A DNA stretch of 64,000 nt, taken from Euprymna scolopes (taxonomy: Eukaryota). Positions 12,641 to 25,889 of the stretch are shown here, piece after piece. Every line of letters starts with the position of its first letter. The first letter of the stretch is position 1. The notes beneath the pieces are model-generated. The model was not told where the DNA came from. It saw nothing but the letters and a program-made list of their open reading frames with translations, and searched no databases. The stretch lies in the NCBI GenBank assembly GCA_053919585.1, contig CM132794.1, one strand, 5' to 3'. Made by a program: the position numbers and the translations under genes.

Positions 12641-15067
12641 GTAAGTAAAGATAAGTACTTTGATCAGTTCATGTCGTCTAGATAAATCTTTTAATACCTC
12701 GAAGTAGACAGACAGTCTGATGATTAGAAAAAGGACATAACTTTCAAGTATTTATTCTTAAAGGATAATAGCTGTATCACTCTATATATAATGCTAATTA
12801 TATTCATCGTAAATATATTTATATTCATATATACAGGTCGTATAATTTTACATTGTGTATATAGAATAAATAGCAGAGCCTGTTTACCGGTGTTGTGCGG
12901 TGGAAACATGAGACCCCCTCTAAAAATATTAAACGACAATTCTGCCGTCCCTGGAAAATTTCAGGCTGAGGCAGAAATAGAATAATTTGGCTTCCACTGG
13001 CAATTACCACTTATAAAGGGCGATTATGTGAATATACTCTTTTATTCTAAAAAAAAACAATTAAGGCGTAGCGTAAATCAGTATAAATAACATAAAGTAA
13101 AACTGGTAAAAAATATATTTATCAAATAAGGGTTTCCCTATCCAATAACAGTTAATTTTACACCTAACTTTATAATATATAGACGTTGTACATTATTTGT
13201 AAGCGCTTATTGAGATATAAAATGAAAAGGCAGACATAATAAGAAACGGGATTGAAGCCAAGGAAACTGGTGTAAAATATAAAAGTAATTCAAATCGTCC
13301 ACAGAAATGGTAAATGAAATAATAAAAAAAAAAACAATATAGCATCCTTAAATGGTAGATTATTGTTCTGAAAACGACAGATAAATATCGATATTCGTAT
13401 TTGTGCATATTTACATCCCCGAACCAATTCTGTGGTTCCATTTATTAGAAGTTTTTCGGACATGTAAATGTAAAATTAATTCAAATGGTCAACAGGAAAT
13501 GTAAAAGAAAAAAGAAAAAAATACAATGACTAACGAAAGAAATAATCGCTCAGAAAACGAAAAATAAATATTATACCAGAAAAATACGGTCATGCGCATC
13601 GCTAGCACACCACCGTCTTGCTCGCTGTACCCGGTTTTAACAATTCAAAACACACAATCCAATTATATGTCTTCCTTGAAAGAGAGAGAAATCGAGTGCT
13701 AAAAGAGAAACAAGGAGAATGAAAGGGAAATAAAGAAGAAGAAACATACATCTAGCGCACGTATTTTGTTTTTGTAAATTCAGTTGGCAATATATGAGAC
13801 TGACCTTTAACTGTACACTCAATTACGTAAATAGATGTCAATCTTCGGTTACCGAGAGCGTCAATTTAAAAATGAGTACTTACTGCACAATGAATGTTTC
13901 GCATCAGGCACAATTTAATGGGGGCCTGAAGCCTTCCTTGGATCGCATTTTACCCTATTGTACTATATTCGGTTTGTTTGTTTTTTTTTTATTTTTGCTC
14001 TCACTAGCAAAGTATATAAAATGGTCGGGTTAGTGACAAAATTAATTAAATTCTGTGGACGCAATTTCTCTGAAATTTGTTAAATATCTTTCTTTTTTTC
14101 ATATAATGTTACATTTTTATATAATATTTCATCATTTTTTTTAATAATCAGTCGTCACCTCTTTACTTTTATAGTTATTCGGTTTTTGGCTTTCAGATTG
14201 TATTGTCCTTTTCCCCTTTTATATATAATGAAATGCAATTGTCTTCATAGTTTTCGACTATTATTATTGTTTTTAGTGATTTGCTTCTATTGACGTTTTG
14301 TAAAATTCTACTTTTATTTTATTTTTTGACAATTTTTTCTGGTTGGTGACTATTTCTCTTTGATTCTGTGTGTGGTTTTTAATTCTTAAAATTGTGTTTT
14401 ATGAGATATTTTAGCATTTATTCAAGTATACTGATTTATGCAAAGTACAACGCACCGGCATTTACATATATCCAGATTACTTGGTTCTGAACACATGATG
14501 GTTAACATGGCAAACACCAAAACTAGTGCAAAATTTTCCCGTTAATGTCTCCAAGTTGGACATTGCGTGTATTCTTGCAATAGAGCACAGTTAGACAGAC
14601 CGCGCAACAGGTTAGGCACTATATAGCCATGGCAGCGTCATAAAAAGCAACATGTTACAGAATAGTTTAAAGCGCCATATTAGATGCATCTATTTTTTCA
14701 GTTTTAGCCTTGAGAAAAAAGAATAACGGCATCAATAAAACGTATTACTCCTCACAATTAATCCATTAATTAACAATAATATTTATAAAAAGTTATTATT
14801 ATTATCAAGATTAATAAAAGTATAAATAATAAAAAAATATATATATACACGGATGCAAAAGTAGAGTAATGGTCTTTATAACACAAACTATATANNNNNN
14901 NNNNNNNNNNNNNNNNNNNNNNNNNNNNNNNNNNNNNNNNNNNNNNNNNNNNNNNNNNNNNNNNNNNNNNNNNNNNNNNNNNNNNNNNNNNNNNNNNNNN
15001 NNNNNNNNNNNNNNNNNNNNNNNNNNNNNNNNNNNNNNNNNNNNNNNNNNNNNNNNNNNNNNNNNNN

Positions 15068-15661
15068 TTGTACCATGTAACCCAATGCTACCTGCCTCAT
15101 CGTCGGGTCACTAGCGACTAAACTGTTACCCCCATCAGACTCGCTTGATGAGGAAGGTAACTAGTCTCCCTGAAGGATTAAAAATAAGACATTCCAAATA
15201 GCGAATGGCCCCTTTTTCGGGTTCAACAGCCAACTAGCACCGTGTGTGTTTGTGTGTATATGTGTTTGTGTTGTGGTGGAGAGGGCTTCCCTAAGCCGTG
15301 GTGAAGAAAACCTTTCTAGGAGTAGAACATATCTGATTTAAAAAAAACATAAATCGGGAGACAAGTACCCGCATTAAGCTGGTCTGCAGTTTAACTTGTT
15401 GGTGGCTATCTTGTTCTTGCTGGTTGCTGGATGTCAACATTTCGAAGCGAGAGAGAGACTTAGATGTCGTACAAAGCTAAGACTCTATAACATAATCTGT
15501 GTATAGATACTCCCTCAGGCATTGGTCTATAAACTTGGTCCTGTGGCGATAGAAAAGTTGTGACGCCTGGAGGCTTGAAATGCTGTAAGCATTTGATAAT
15601 TGATCTACATGACACTCTTCCGTGGAATTGCCTGCTTCAGCGTGTGAATCTACCGGTAGGA

Positions 15662-15663
<2 letters not shown>
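15068..15663 (+). mobile_element. Probable RTE-related non-autonomous retroelement or 5'UTR fragment
   Basis: GC-richer island. Shares GTCCTGTGGCGAT and a CTA(A/G)GAG...TCTGA segment with 35765-36590, and ends at a (TA)n tract. Confidence 0.35.
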
Positions 15664-15743
<80 letters not shown>

Positions 15744-17748
15744 AATGAAAAAAAATAAATAAAAAGGCATTTTTGGGCTTATGGACTGTAAGTGTCTGAG
15801 AGAGTGGAACTCGTCTGACAAGACGTTGCAATCATCAGATATATATGTATATAAAAAGTAATGCGACATAAGGCATAGGGTAAATATGAAAAAAAATGAT
15901 TTGATATTATTTAATATCTGTAAATAGACCTACACGTGTGTAGTGAATGTATACGGTCGTTAAATAATATAAGGGAAGAAGGGCATATCTGCGAGATCAA
16001 GGTATTATTATTATTATTGTGCGCATGTGAGAATGTATAACGATCTGTGTGTTTCCCCTGGTCAGCTAGACTTATAGCAATGAGCAAAGTAAATGGCATA
16101 TTGCTAAGATACAAGTGGAAGCTAAAAAGGGTGCATTGTGGCAAAGAAGGCATGGGATATATGAGCAAGAATAAAAGTTGGAATATATTTAAAAAAATAT
16201 AATGTTGGAAAGTGGCTCAGTACATCAAGGTTGGGTAAGAAATGCCAAAATGGAAAATGCTAGAATTGCAGAATAAATGTGTGGTCAAATAATTTATATA
16301 AATAAAGTAATATGAAACAGAGCACGTATAAGCCCGTTACGGAATTCAGCAGCAGTCGAAATGTATGTGGCTTGCGAGTTTATTAGCAGGAGCAGTAATT
16401 AAAGGACGTATGCAGTAGCAAGTGTTCTCCAGCTTGCGACACAAGAAAAAATTTAAGAAATGTAACATTGGCGATGGTGAGTTGCAAGTTGCGAGTCGAG
16501 CCAGATGTGAAAAAGGACTAAAGCAAAACAAATGAAATGCGTTCTTTTGGAAATACAATAAATAAATTCATTTCAATTCCCACTTGAAAAATGCCGAGTC
16601 GGATTGTTATTCTTTTCCTTTTACTTGCGTGCTTCTTTGCCACACACCAGAAATTCTAGAGTTTCGAGAGGTTAGAACTTATCCAGTGTACTGGCAACGT
16701 TATGTTGCATATACGGAATGTAATTTCATTAAAACTAGAAACAAAACAGTACAATACGAAAATGTACAATTAAATACATTGGAATAAGGTGTGATCAATG
16801 TTTTGATTATTATATTATTTTATTAACTTTATTATTGTTTGACCGGCATCTTTACTAAATGCACTTTTGATCATTTAGCTTATATTTTTATTATTTTTGG
16901 TCAGATTTTATTCAGACTTATTTTCTTATTATTCTTTAACAATTGTTTGTATTGCATAGTTTTTACGAAAATGAACCGTGTATGCCACGTCAATATTAAT
17001 AATAGGATGTAGATTGCAGAAAGTTTAATTTATATAGATTTTTTTTATGTTTTATCCATGTTATGACTCACCACGAAACATATACTTGTACTTTTAAAAG
17101 TATCGTAGAATTAAGGTAGGATAAACTAGAATGGAATTATGTATTTTCTGTTTAATACTCCGCTGAAAATTATTTAATTGATACATTAATAAGTTCTAGT
17201 CGTATTTATGTATTATTATATTAGTTGCCAGCATCTGAAATGTGGTCAACGATAAAGTTGTAACGAATTATATTTCACTTTTAGGGTAGATATCAATATA
17301 TCTTGCACTAAAATTACGAACATTATTTCACCACGAGAAACTAAACTTTTCTCATATTGTTATACAATTTACCCAAATAAAAAAACACACACAGCATGAT
17401 TAAAATAGGCAGTATATAAGTCTCATATTGTGTTTTCCAACAAGGAATTTAATCACCGTTACTGTTTTTAAATCAGCTCATTCATAGATACGTCGTCTTT
17501 TGAAACGTTCTTGAACTTTTTGCTACGGATATGATTTTATACCAAATATTTAAATACATGTAAATCTAGACTCTCCATCGCATCGTTCATAAAGAAATAC
17601 AGATGGACGCCACTAGAAACAACATATGATCATTAATTGTCATTAAGTGTAACTATATAAAGATAGATTGAATGGGATAAAGGAAAAGAAAAGCGAGAGT
17701 GCATTGTTTTTGTTTGTGTTTTTATTCGTATGTAGTTACCAAGGACAT

Positions 17749-17870
17749 TGTAAAAATAGATTAATGTTTTCGGAATAATAAAGCCTTGGACTCGTGTCAG
17801 GACCCTATGTAACAACATTATTTATTCTTAATAAAGTATCACCTGTAACATAAACAATTGGCGACTTGTG
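17749..17870 (+). mobile_element. Possible gypsy LTR 3' end plus primer-binding site
   Basis: AATAAA (17830), then ...AACA directly followed by ATTGGCGAC, a TGG-starting PBS-like motif. Confidence 0.3.
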
Positions 17871-17949
17871 AACAATCGGTATGTGAAATACTAATTTAAG
17901 ACATCGTATTCATAGAACGTGATTGTTTTCTTCTAATTTTCTGTTGGTT

Positions 17950-18690
17950 CCCTTTTATATCTGTTTACCAGAATAATGGCAAATAAAAATATGAATGAAA
18001 TAAGCTCAAGAACAATACTTTGTTTAACATTGACCAGGACACTCTTACGAATAGCAGAACAATGTTGTAAGGATATCATGTTGCCAATTATATTTTTCTT
18101 AATTGGATGAGATATGGATGTGTTCAACGAAAATGTAGTAACAAACTAGATTATACTGCTAATGTATGTATCACGGGATCTCACTGGTAAATAACTGAAA
18201 TTGCTTTACCGAGAAAAACTAAACTTATTCTAGCAGTGATACTTACATTTTCCCAAAAGACTCGAACCTAACATAGCTTTAAGAAAGGTGACAACACCTT
18301 GAATGCTCACACGTTTATTCACAAATTGGAACAGTGCGTGCCTGCGCAGATACGTATAAATGTAATACCAGGTGTTATTTTCCGAATGTAATGGATGCAA
18401 AGAAGCGGAATTGTCGGATAATCTTGTATTTCAGGCATTCCTCTCCGTAAATTATTGGAAGCGGCATTTTCTGCTGCTTTCGGCCATCTTTCACATAGCA
18501 ACAATTCGATTGCATTGTCGCAAGCCATAGGTGATCTCTGCTTACCTTCGCCTCGTTGCGTCGCCATTATTACGACAGTGCAATTGATGCGGCGTTTTAC
18601 AATTCGGTCGACATGACAATTTATACTTTTATATGTTCAGACTTTAGATTTTCTTTTGTCCATTGTCCTCTCTTGTTTACACAGTTTTAC
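17950..18690 (-). mobile_element. Heavily decayed pogo/Tigger-like transposase remnant
   Basis: Minus-strand pieces KRGQWTKENLK (HTH-psq-like start) and KMAESSRKCRFQ*FTERN (CENP-B HTH-like), with many stops. Confidence 0.3.
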
Positions 18691-19660
18691 TAGATCTGCT
18701 GATACGAGTAACGAAACAGAAATCGATGCTCCTAAAAAGATGATTACAACAATAAAGTTGTTTTATTCATTATTTTTTTACGTACTCTTTTATTTTGTTC
18801 TGGTTTACTTTTTCGATTAACTTTGTAAGTTGACACCTTTGTTCGGACTTCTTTTTTATGCAGAGGTTAAATGCAAATAATTCTCTCTCTATTCAATTCT
18901 CATTTACACAATATATTAGACGTTATAATCAGGTGAATATCAAAACTCGTCAAAAAACACCTTGTTTCTTCTAGATGGGTGACCATCCTGTTAGGCCAGA
19001 GTCTCTATATAAAAGGTCGTCGCACCCACACAAAACAGTAAAAAGTAAATAAATATAGTGGGCATCTCCAATGACGGTGCTATATAAATGACTGAAGAGT
19101 GTCTTTGAATTTAGAAGACCCATGACACGTAATCCATTCTAAAAGAGCCGTTTTACAATTCGATCCACACATAGATAATTCACGGATGTGTCTTACATTA
19201 TTCATTTAATGCAACAAGTGTCATTACTATTTATTTTAGTATCAACACATCAATAAACAGAAGGTAAAACCACAATTGTTTTACAATAGTAGCAGTACCA
19301 CATTCATGTGTGTTTATAAATTGGTAACTATGAATGTGTAATTAAATAATGACATATGTGGTGCCAAGTTTTTTATCAAAACAGAATATACGTACGTGCG
19401 GCATATTCCTCCAACTAAATATTTAAATTATCATATGCCACGTTACGTTAGTGTAGTTCTGATTTTGTATTATATTGCTTTCCTTACCGGGATTTATACA
19501 GGTAATGTAAGATCTGATATAATACTTGAGGCTTATGAAGTGTCTAAATAAGTAAGGGTTTGATCACAAACACCGGCAGACAATTCCTGCTAGCTGAAGA
19601 AGTATGTCATGTATATAAGACAAAACAAGTGAGATTGGTGTACCAGTAAAATTATTGATA

Positions 19661-19790
19661 ACTAGCGGGCCTACCGGGGGTTGGTCAGGACCGTATAAAG
19701 ATTGAGAAAATTGAAGTTAATTTTGAATATAATTGTTATTATTTGGAGAAAGGAATGTTTTAATGTCTACGTATCATATCAAAATTTCAC
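19661..19790 (-). mobile_element. Helitron-like 3' end on the minus strand
   Basis: ACTAG immediately followed by a GC-rich stretch (CGGGCCTACCGGGGG), i.e. the reverse of a hairpin-CTAG end. Confidence 0.4.
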
Positions 19791-20130
19791 AAGAAGCACC
19801 CGTCAAGTAGAAAAACGCTATCACTAATTTCCACCACTCTTTATCTGTGCTTAAACCTAAACGTAGATTCCATGAGCAAAGCTACTTTCTTAGAACTGCT
19901 CATTTATGGAATTGTCTTCCGTTTTCCTGCTTTGAAGCTGACTACAATATGGCTGTCTTCAAGTCAAACGTAAAAACGTGTTTGATGAATCGTTCAATAT
20001 AAAGAAACAAATTTAACGTATTTCCATTATTAACGATTACTATATTGTCCAATTTCTACTGTACACTCTGTCACCTTCACTCCTGAGTTCCCTCTTGGCC
20101 TTGGTAGGTGGTGATGCCTAAGTAAAAAAA
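19785..20130 (+). mobile_element. CR1/Zenon-like LINE 3' end
   Basis: Translates as SYFLRTAHLWNCLPFSCFEADYNMAVFKSNV, matching the SFFPRTxxLWNxLPxxxFPxxYNxxxFKSxV C-terminus. Followed by a UTR and an A-run. Confidence 0.75.
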
Positions 20131-20149
20131 TTGCTATTTCGAGCAAAAG

Positions 20150-20345
20150 AATATTTTACCTACCTTAGGACGGCTATTACACATGTATGGAAAAATTGTA
20201 TCTTCCCCTAGGACAGGTAATTTACAGAATGTATATGACATAATTTTACCTTTTTGCGACGGGTAATTCACAACACATATTTAAAATATGTGCTCCTTCT
20301 TTTGGACGGGTAATTTATATACACATATGAAACAGTTTAACATAC
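20150..20345. repeat. Degenerate ~45 bp minisatellite, about 4 units
   Basis: Recurrent GGAC(G/A)GGTAATT...ACACAT(A/G)T units. Confidence 0.6.
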
Positions 20346-21288
20346 TCTCGACATATATGAAATAATGTCTCTTTCCACCAAGACTACCATAATTTTAAGA
20401 AAACTGAAATTTAGGAGATGGATTATTAGGATTTCCAAATTAATACATAAATACATTGTGTTGGTTTATGAGCTCGCATCCCTTGTTTCACCATACATTT
20501 CAACATTACTGCGTTTCTTTCCTTCCTCACTATCGGCACTATTATGGTAAAAAAGTATCCCAATTTTGGAAGATGCCTGAGCAGGATTTTTAAATTAATA
20601 TAAAAATACATTGACATAGTAAAGTGATTAGACAACCCTTGCTTCATTATCAAACTTTGCGTTACTTTGTTTCATTTTTCCCCACTACCTACAACAGAAT
20701 TTGTGGGAAAATACCTCATTTTCGGAAGATTACTTAGCAGGCTTTGCAAAGAAATAAAACTATTTTAAGAAGCTTTGTGATTAGGCAGCCCTTGCTTCAC
20801 TACAGAATTTCATATTACTGTGTTCTTTCCCTCCCTACCACTGACATCATCATTTTAAGTGAAATGATATCATTTCTTCACCATAACAGAACAGATGTTC
20901 AAAATAATTGCATAAATGCATTGACGCGAATGATCATTAGCCAAGTTTTACTTGCCCACAATTTTTAATATAGATCTTCCCGCTTACTATCACAACCACC
21001 AACAAAACATTATTAAGAAACGATGTAATTTCCTGAATATAATTCCATAGTTTTTGCATATTTTTGGAATATGTTATTGTGGGAGATTGCAATGTGACCC
21101 CTAAATGGGCATTACTCTCTAAAGCCTCACCCCAAAAGTGAAGGTGCGTTAACTCAGAGAGAACTCCAGAGCACGTTAAAAAGCAACATAGTCATGTGTC
21201 TTACTACTCATTACTACAACCGTGACGTCATTCCTCGCAGTTAACATTGAAAAATCAGAAAAAAATATTGTTAATAACATACAGAAAC

Positions 21289-22795
21289 TGATAATTTCTC
21301 TGGGCTTATTATTTCATTACAAACTCCACCAATCAATTTACTCACGTTTCATTATTTTTTCATAATTCTTGGATATGTTACTAATTTCTACAATCATTTT
21401 TCATAATTGTAACCCACATTATCGCTCGCTGATGACTTTGATATATTGTTTGGTTTGATGATGTCATTGAAAACCCACCAATAAATTAACTCACTATTCA
21501 TCATTTTTCATAATTCTTGCATGTGCTACGAATTTATAATTTAAACCTACATAATCGCACCACCTTACGAAAATAATAACTTTGATATATTATCTGGATT
21601 TATTATTCCATTAAACACACACATCAATTAATTCACATTTCATATTTTTTCACAATTATTGATTATGTTACTAATCCCGACAATCATGTTTCATAATTTA
21701 CACCCCCATTATCGCCCATCCCCTTTACGAAAATACTTATTGATATATTGTCCGGGTTATTCTATCATTAAAAACACACCAATCTATTACCTCACATCTC
21801 TTTACTTTTTTTAATAATTATTGGATATGTTACAAATTTCGACAATCATTTCTCATAATTTTAACAAACATTATCGCGTACCCTCGTTATAGTCTAGTTC
21901 GCTTACTAAAATAATAAAAAAAAAACTTTGATATATTATCTGGGCCGATTATTCCATTGCAAACATAATAATCAATTAACTCACATGTCATCATTTTTCA
22001 TAATTCTTGGACATATTACTAATTCGACAATCATTTTTCATAATTCCAACCAACATTATCACCCTCTCATAAAAAATAACTTCGATGTATTGTCTGAGTT
22101 GATTATTACATTACAAAAACACTATAATATTAATTCACATTTGATCATTTTTTCAGAAATCCCAGATATGATATGTTAATAATTTCGACAACAATTTTTT
22201 CATAATTTTAACCCGCATTATCGACCCTCTTCTTACGAAAATATAACTCTGATATATTATCTACGTTTATTTTTCCATTAAAACGCACCAATCATTCACT
22301 CCCATTTAATAATTTTTCATAATTCTTGGATATGTTTCTAATTTCGAAAAAAAGTTTTCATAATTTTAACCTACATAATTTCGCCCCGCTTACGAAAATA
22401 ATAACTCCAATAAATTGTCTGGGTTTTTTTTATTTCATTAAAAACAAACCAATCAATTGATTAACATTTCTTGGATATATTACTTATTTCGAGGGACATT
22501 TTTATAATTCTAATCCACATTATCACCTCCCGTACGAAAATAATAACATTGACACATTGGCTTTATTATTTCATTACAACCCCCCCAATCAATTAACTCA
22601 CATTTCATCCTATTACATAATTCTTGGAAATGTAACTAATTTCGACAGTCATTGTTCATAATTTTAACGTACCTCATGGTCACCCCTTACGAAAATAAAT
22701 ACTTTGATATATTGTCTAGACTGATCATATTTCATAATTCTTGGATATGTTACTAATTTCGACAATAATTTTTTCATAATTTAACCCCTATTATC
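21289..22795. repeat. Diverged tandem array, about 10 units of ~145-190 bp (mostly ~155)
   Basis: Unit starts (TTGATATATTxTCTGG-like) near 21289, 21439, 21582, 21740, 21928, 22081, 22249, 22407, 22549 and 22704. Shared core CATAATTCTTGGATATGTTACTAATTTCGACAATCATTTTTCATAATT. Confidence 0.92.
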
Positions 22796-22858
22796 TTAAA
22801 TATATATTTTATTGTGTATTTTTGTAGAAGGTGGTAATTCCTGGTAGAAAACTATATT

Positions 22859-22905
22859 ATGCTTAATTGACCTTTTGGCTAAGATGAAAGTGTAGTATCT
22901 GTTCT
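22859..22905 (+). pseudogene. U2 snRNA 5' fragment
   Basis: CCTTTTGGCTAAGATGAAAGTGTAGTATCTGTTCT matches U2 CCUUUUGGCUAAGAUCAA(A)GUGUAGUAUCUGUUCU, including the GUAGUA branch-site recognition motif. No downstream Sm site is visible. Confidence 0.85.
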
Positions 22906-23129
22906 GATGCGAAATCAGCGAAACTATCTACTGCCCCCTTTCAATAAATAGAAAAAGTGGTGTTAATGCTTGGAAGAATGAACATGCACTAATTTACCAC
23001 ATCCATCCTCACCTAAAATACAAGGTTTGGTAATCCCTGGCGGCCTTAAGATTACTTTTTAAAGCAACGTAATCGTGCCCCCCGCCTATCATCAACATAT
23101 GACGTCACTTCCGGAAAATGGCTCAGCAG

Positions 23130-23191
<62 letters not shown>
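23130..23191. repeat. (TTA)n microsatellite
   Basis: Directly visible. Confidence 0.97.
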
Positions 23192-24493
23192 GTGATTATG
23201 GTCCTTTTCTAAAATGGGTAAATTATTATAATATTTGTATAGATATAATCACATACGATACTATAAATTCATCACATGATATTGTGAAAAGGTTGCGAAT
23301 GGTAAGTTGGACGCAGTGAACAGCAATTAATCTTATTCAAACGGAAAGATTTAATGATTAGGTTTTCAGCCTCTCGCAGTTTTTGCTCACTGCCTCTTGA
23401 TGGAATCAGTGTGACGCGTACAACATACTCAACGGAAACCGTGGCTAACCTTGAAGTACGTGCACAGGCGCCTAGTGCGATCACTAGGCTGTCGTAGACG
23501 GCAAAAAGCGTACGTTATTAGATAAGGCTGGTACTCCAAAAAGAAGAACATGTGTTGAAAAATGAGAATCGTAAAACTGCTGTAATAAAAGAGTAAATAG
23601 ACAAAAAAGAAGTGAAATGAAAACTATTTAGGTATGAAGAGAAAACGATACAGAAATCTGATTTTATATGGAAATGATATGAAAAAATGAAGTATATACT
23701 TATGAGGAAAAGATTAAAGAAAACGATGGAGGCCGACGAGAAGAAAACTTTTTTTGCGAACTGTTATTCTCATGTTCATAGTTGTTATTGTTTTTACACT
23801 TGATGGCGCAATGGTGTCAGAGGATTAATTTGCCAAAATTAGGGAAGGCGGTAATTACTGGACATATTGTTACAGGATTTAGCATCTCATGTACGTAACG
23901 ACCCGAAGAATGCCAGAGAACGAGCTAGACGAAGGATTGGGGAACAAACATGAGGATAGCAGTCAGAAAATAATAAATCCACAAATTATGCAACAGTCAG
24001 CAAATAATCAATTCACAAATTATGAAGTCTCGTCTACAAAGAAAAATCCTAAAAATAAAATTAAAATAAAATGTAAAAAATAGATTTTTAAACAATGTGA
24101 AAAGGGCAAAAAACCTACATAAACACAAAATATAGAACAATCTAACGATAGTGTATGCAGGAATGTGGAAGCTAAAACAATTGAAAGAATATTAAAAGAA
24201 CAGAGAAAATGTAATAAAAATATTTGATTAGAAGTAAAAAGTAAACGGCGAAGAAATGTAGAGAATGACGCAATACCTTCAGAGAAAATAAAAAAAATGA
24301 AAAAAGGGATAAATAAATGTGAATACAAGAAATTAATTTCAGCGACAAAACGTCAACACTATATGAATCGTATCGTCTTTAGTACCAAATGGATAGAAAC
24401 TAAATAAAGAAGAGATAGGAAATATGAAAAGAATTTAAATGGCGAAGTGAGGATGAAAATAAGACAATTTGCACGATGTCGGAGACGTATAAA

Positions 24494-24917
24494 TCTAATT
24501 TATGAAACTCACTATGGCTGTGTGTTTGCAAGTCTGTATTTTTGTCTCCATATTTCAAAACTATATCTTTTCGGAATATAAAAATCGCAGAGCGCTAATA
24601 GTTCTCTCGAATGATTAGATTTTTGTATGGAACGTACGTTTTTGGCTGTTCAGCCGGTAAAATCTGTTTTTAAAGGGGGCAAAATTTACAACAAAAACAT
24701 ATGTACATTCATTTTAGCTAATTTTTACTTTGTAATAAATTCATGTGTGTGTCATGTCGGTCCTGTGGTTGCGTGATCAGCTTGGAATGCTACAGTTTTG
24801 CTTTCGATTTCGATACATATTTTTATTTTTAAAATAACGACTCTGTTATAATATTTACGAATTCTGGCCAATTAAAATATCATATTAAAGCGTATTTTCC
24901 AACGAGGGGTTATCTAG
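24494..24917 (+). mobile_element. Possible short Helitron-like element
   Basis: Starts A|TCTAATTTAT followed by a GT-rich tract, and ends CCAACGAGGGGTTATCTAG|T. Confidence 0.35.
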
Positions 24918-25805
24918 TATAATATAATTCATGATCGCGTGGCTGAAGTTATTTTATTACATGTTTGCATAAAGCTGGCGCAGTCAAGCAAAGCTATGCG
25001 GCGCATTTTATATGTATTATTACTAGGGCTATGGCAATAGAATATTCGTTTCATTGTTTTTACTCTTGAGTATATATTCGATTATATCGTATATGTTTTT
25101 ATATAAACGGATGTGGTTCTCGATTGATTTACTGTGTCTAACTCTCTCGGATATACCCCTGAGAGTCAAAAATGAAAAGAATAGTATATTGTCATAGCCG
25201 TAATTATAACAAATTAACCAGCAGAAGCATACAAGAGTTTCCTTAGAATAAAACAATGTCAATACAATATAACTTTATAGACCGATATCCGTAGTATCGA
25301 ATATGCTTGTGATGACGGACTAGCTATAATAAAAAACTCCAACAACGTCAAGGGAGAACACTTTAAGAAAATCATACACAAAGAAATGAAAAAATTAGGC
25401 CTAAACAAAGGTCAACAAATATCTATGAAACAGCCCTAAAAATAGTGGATACAAAAATATCGATATCAGATATAAGCAACAAAACACTAACAGCTATAAT
25501 AAAATTAAAAATAGAAGAAAAAGAACTATAATTTGGTATACGGCCCAATACAATCAAATGTTAAAAACAAAACTTGGAAAGAAAGTTCTAGATCTTATTG
25601 AAAAATACTTTCCCGCAACCAACCCCTTACACAAAATCTTCAATAAAAATACCTTGAAGTTATCTTACAGTTGTTGCAAAAATTTAGAGGTGATAATTAA
25701 AGCACCTAATAACAAAATACTAAATGAAAGCAATGTACACAACAACAAAATAAACAATAAAAAAGTAGACACCATGACAAAAATAAAACCAACACTAGCA
25801 GAAAC

Positions 25806-25888
<83 letters not shown>
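25806..25888. repeat. (AAT)n microsatellite inside the Penelope-like ORF
   Basis: Directly visible; reads as poly-Asn in the endonuclease frame. Confidence 0.97.

Positions 25889-25889
<1 letters not shown>

Noticed and set aside
21289-22795. CRISPR-like periodicity
   Set aside because: The whole unit is repeated with divergence, there are no unique spacers or cas genes, and the context is eukaryotic.
24757-24815. tRNA-like A/B boxes
   Set aside because: No cloverleaf can be formed; at most a decayed SINE-like piece.
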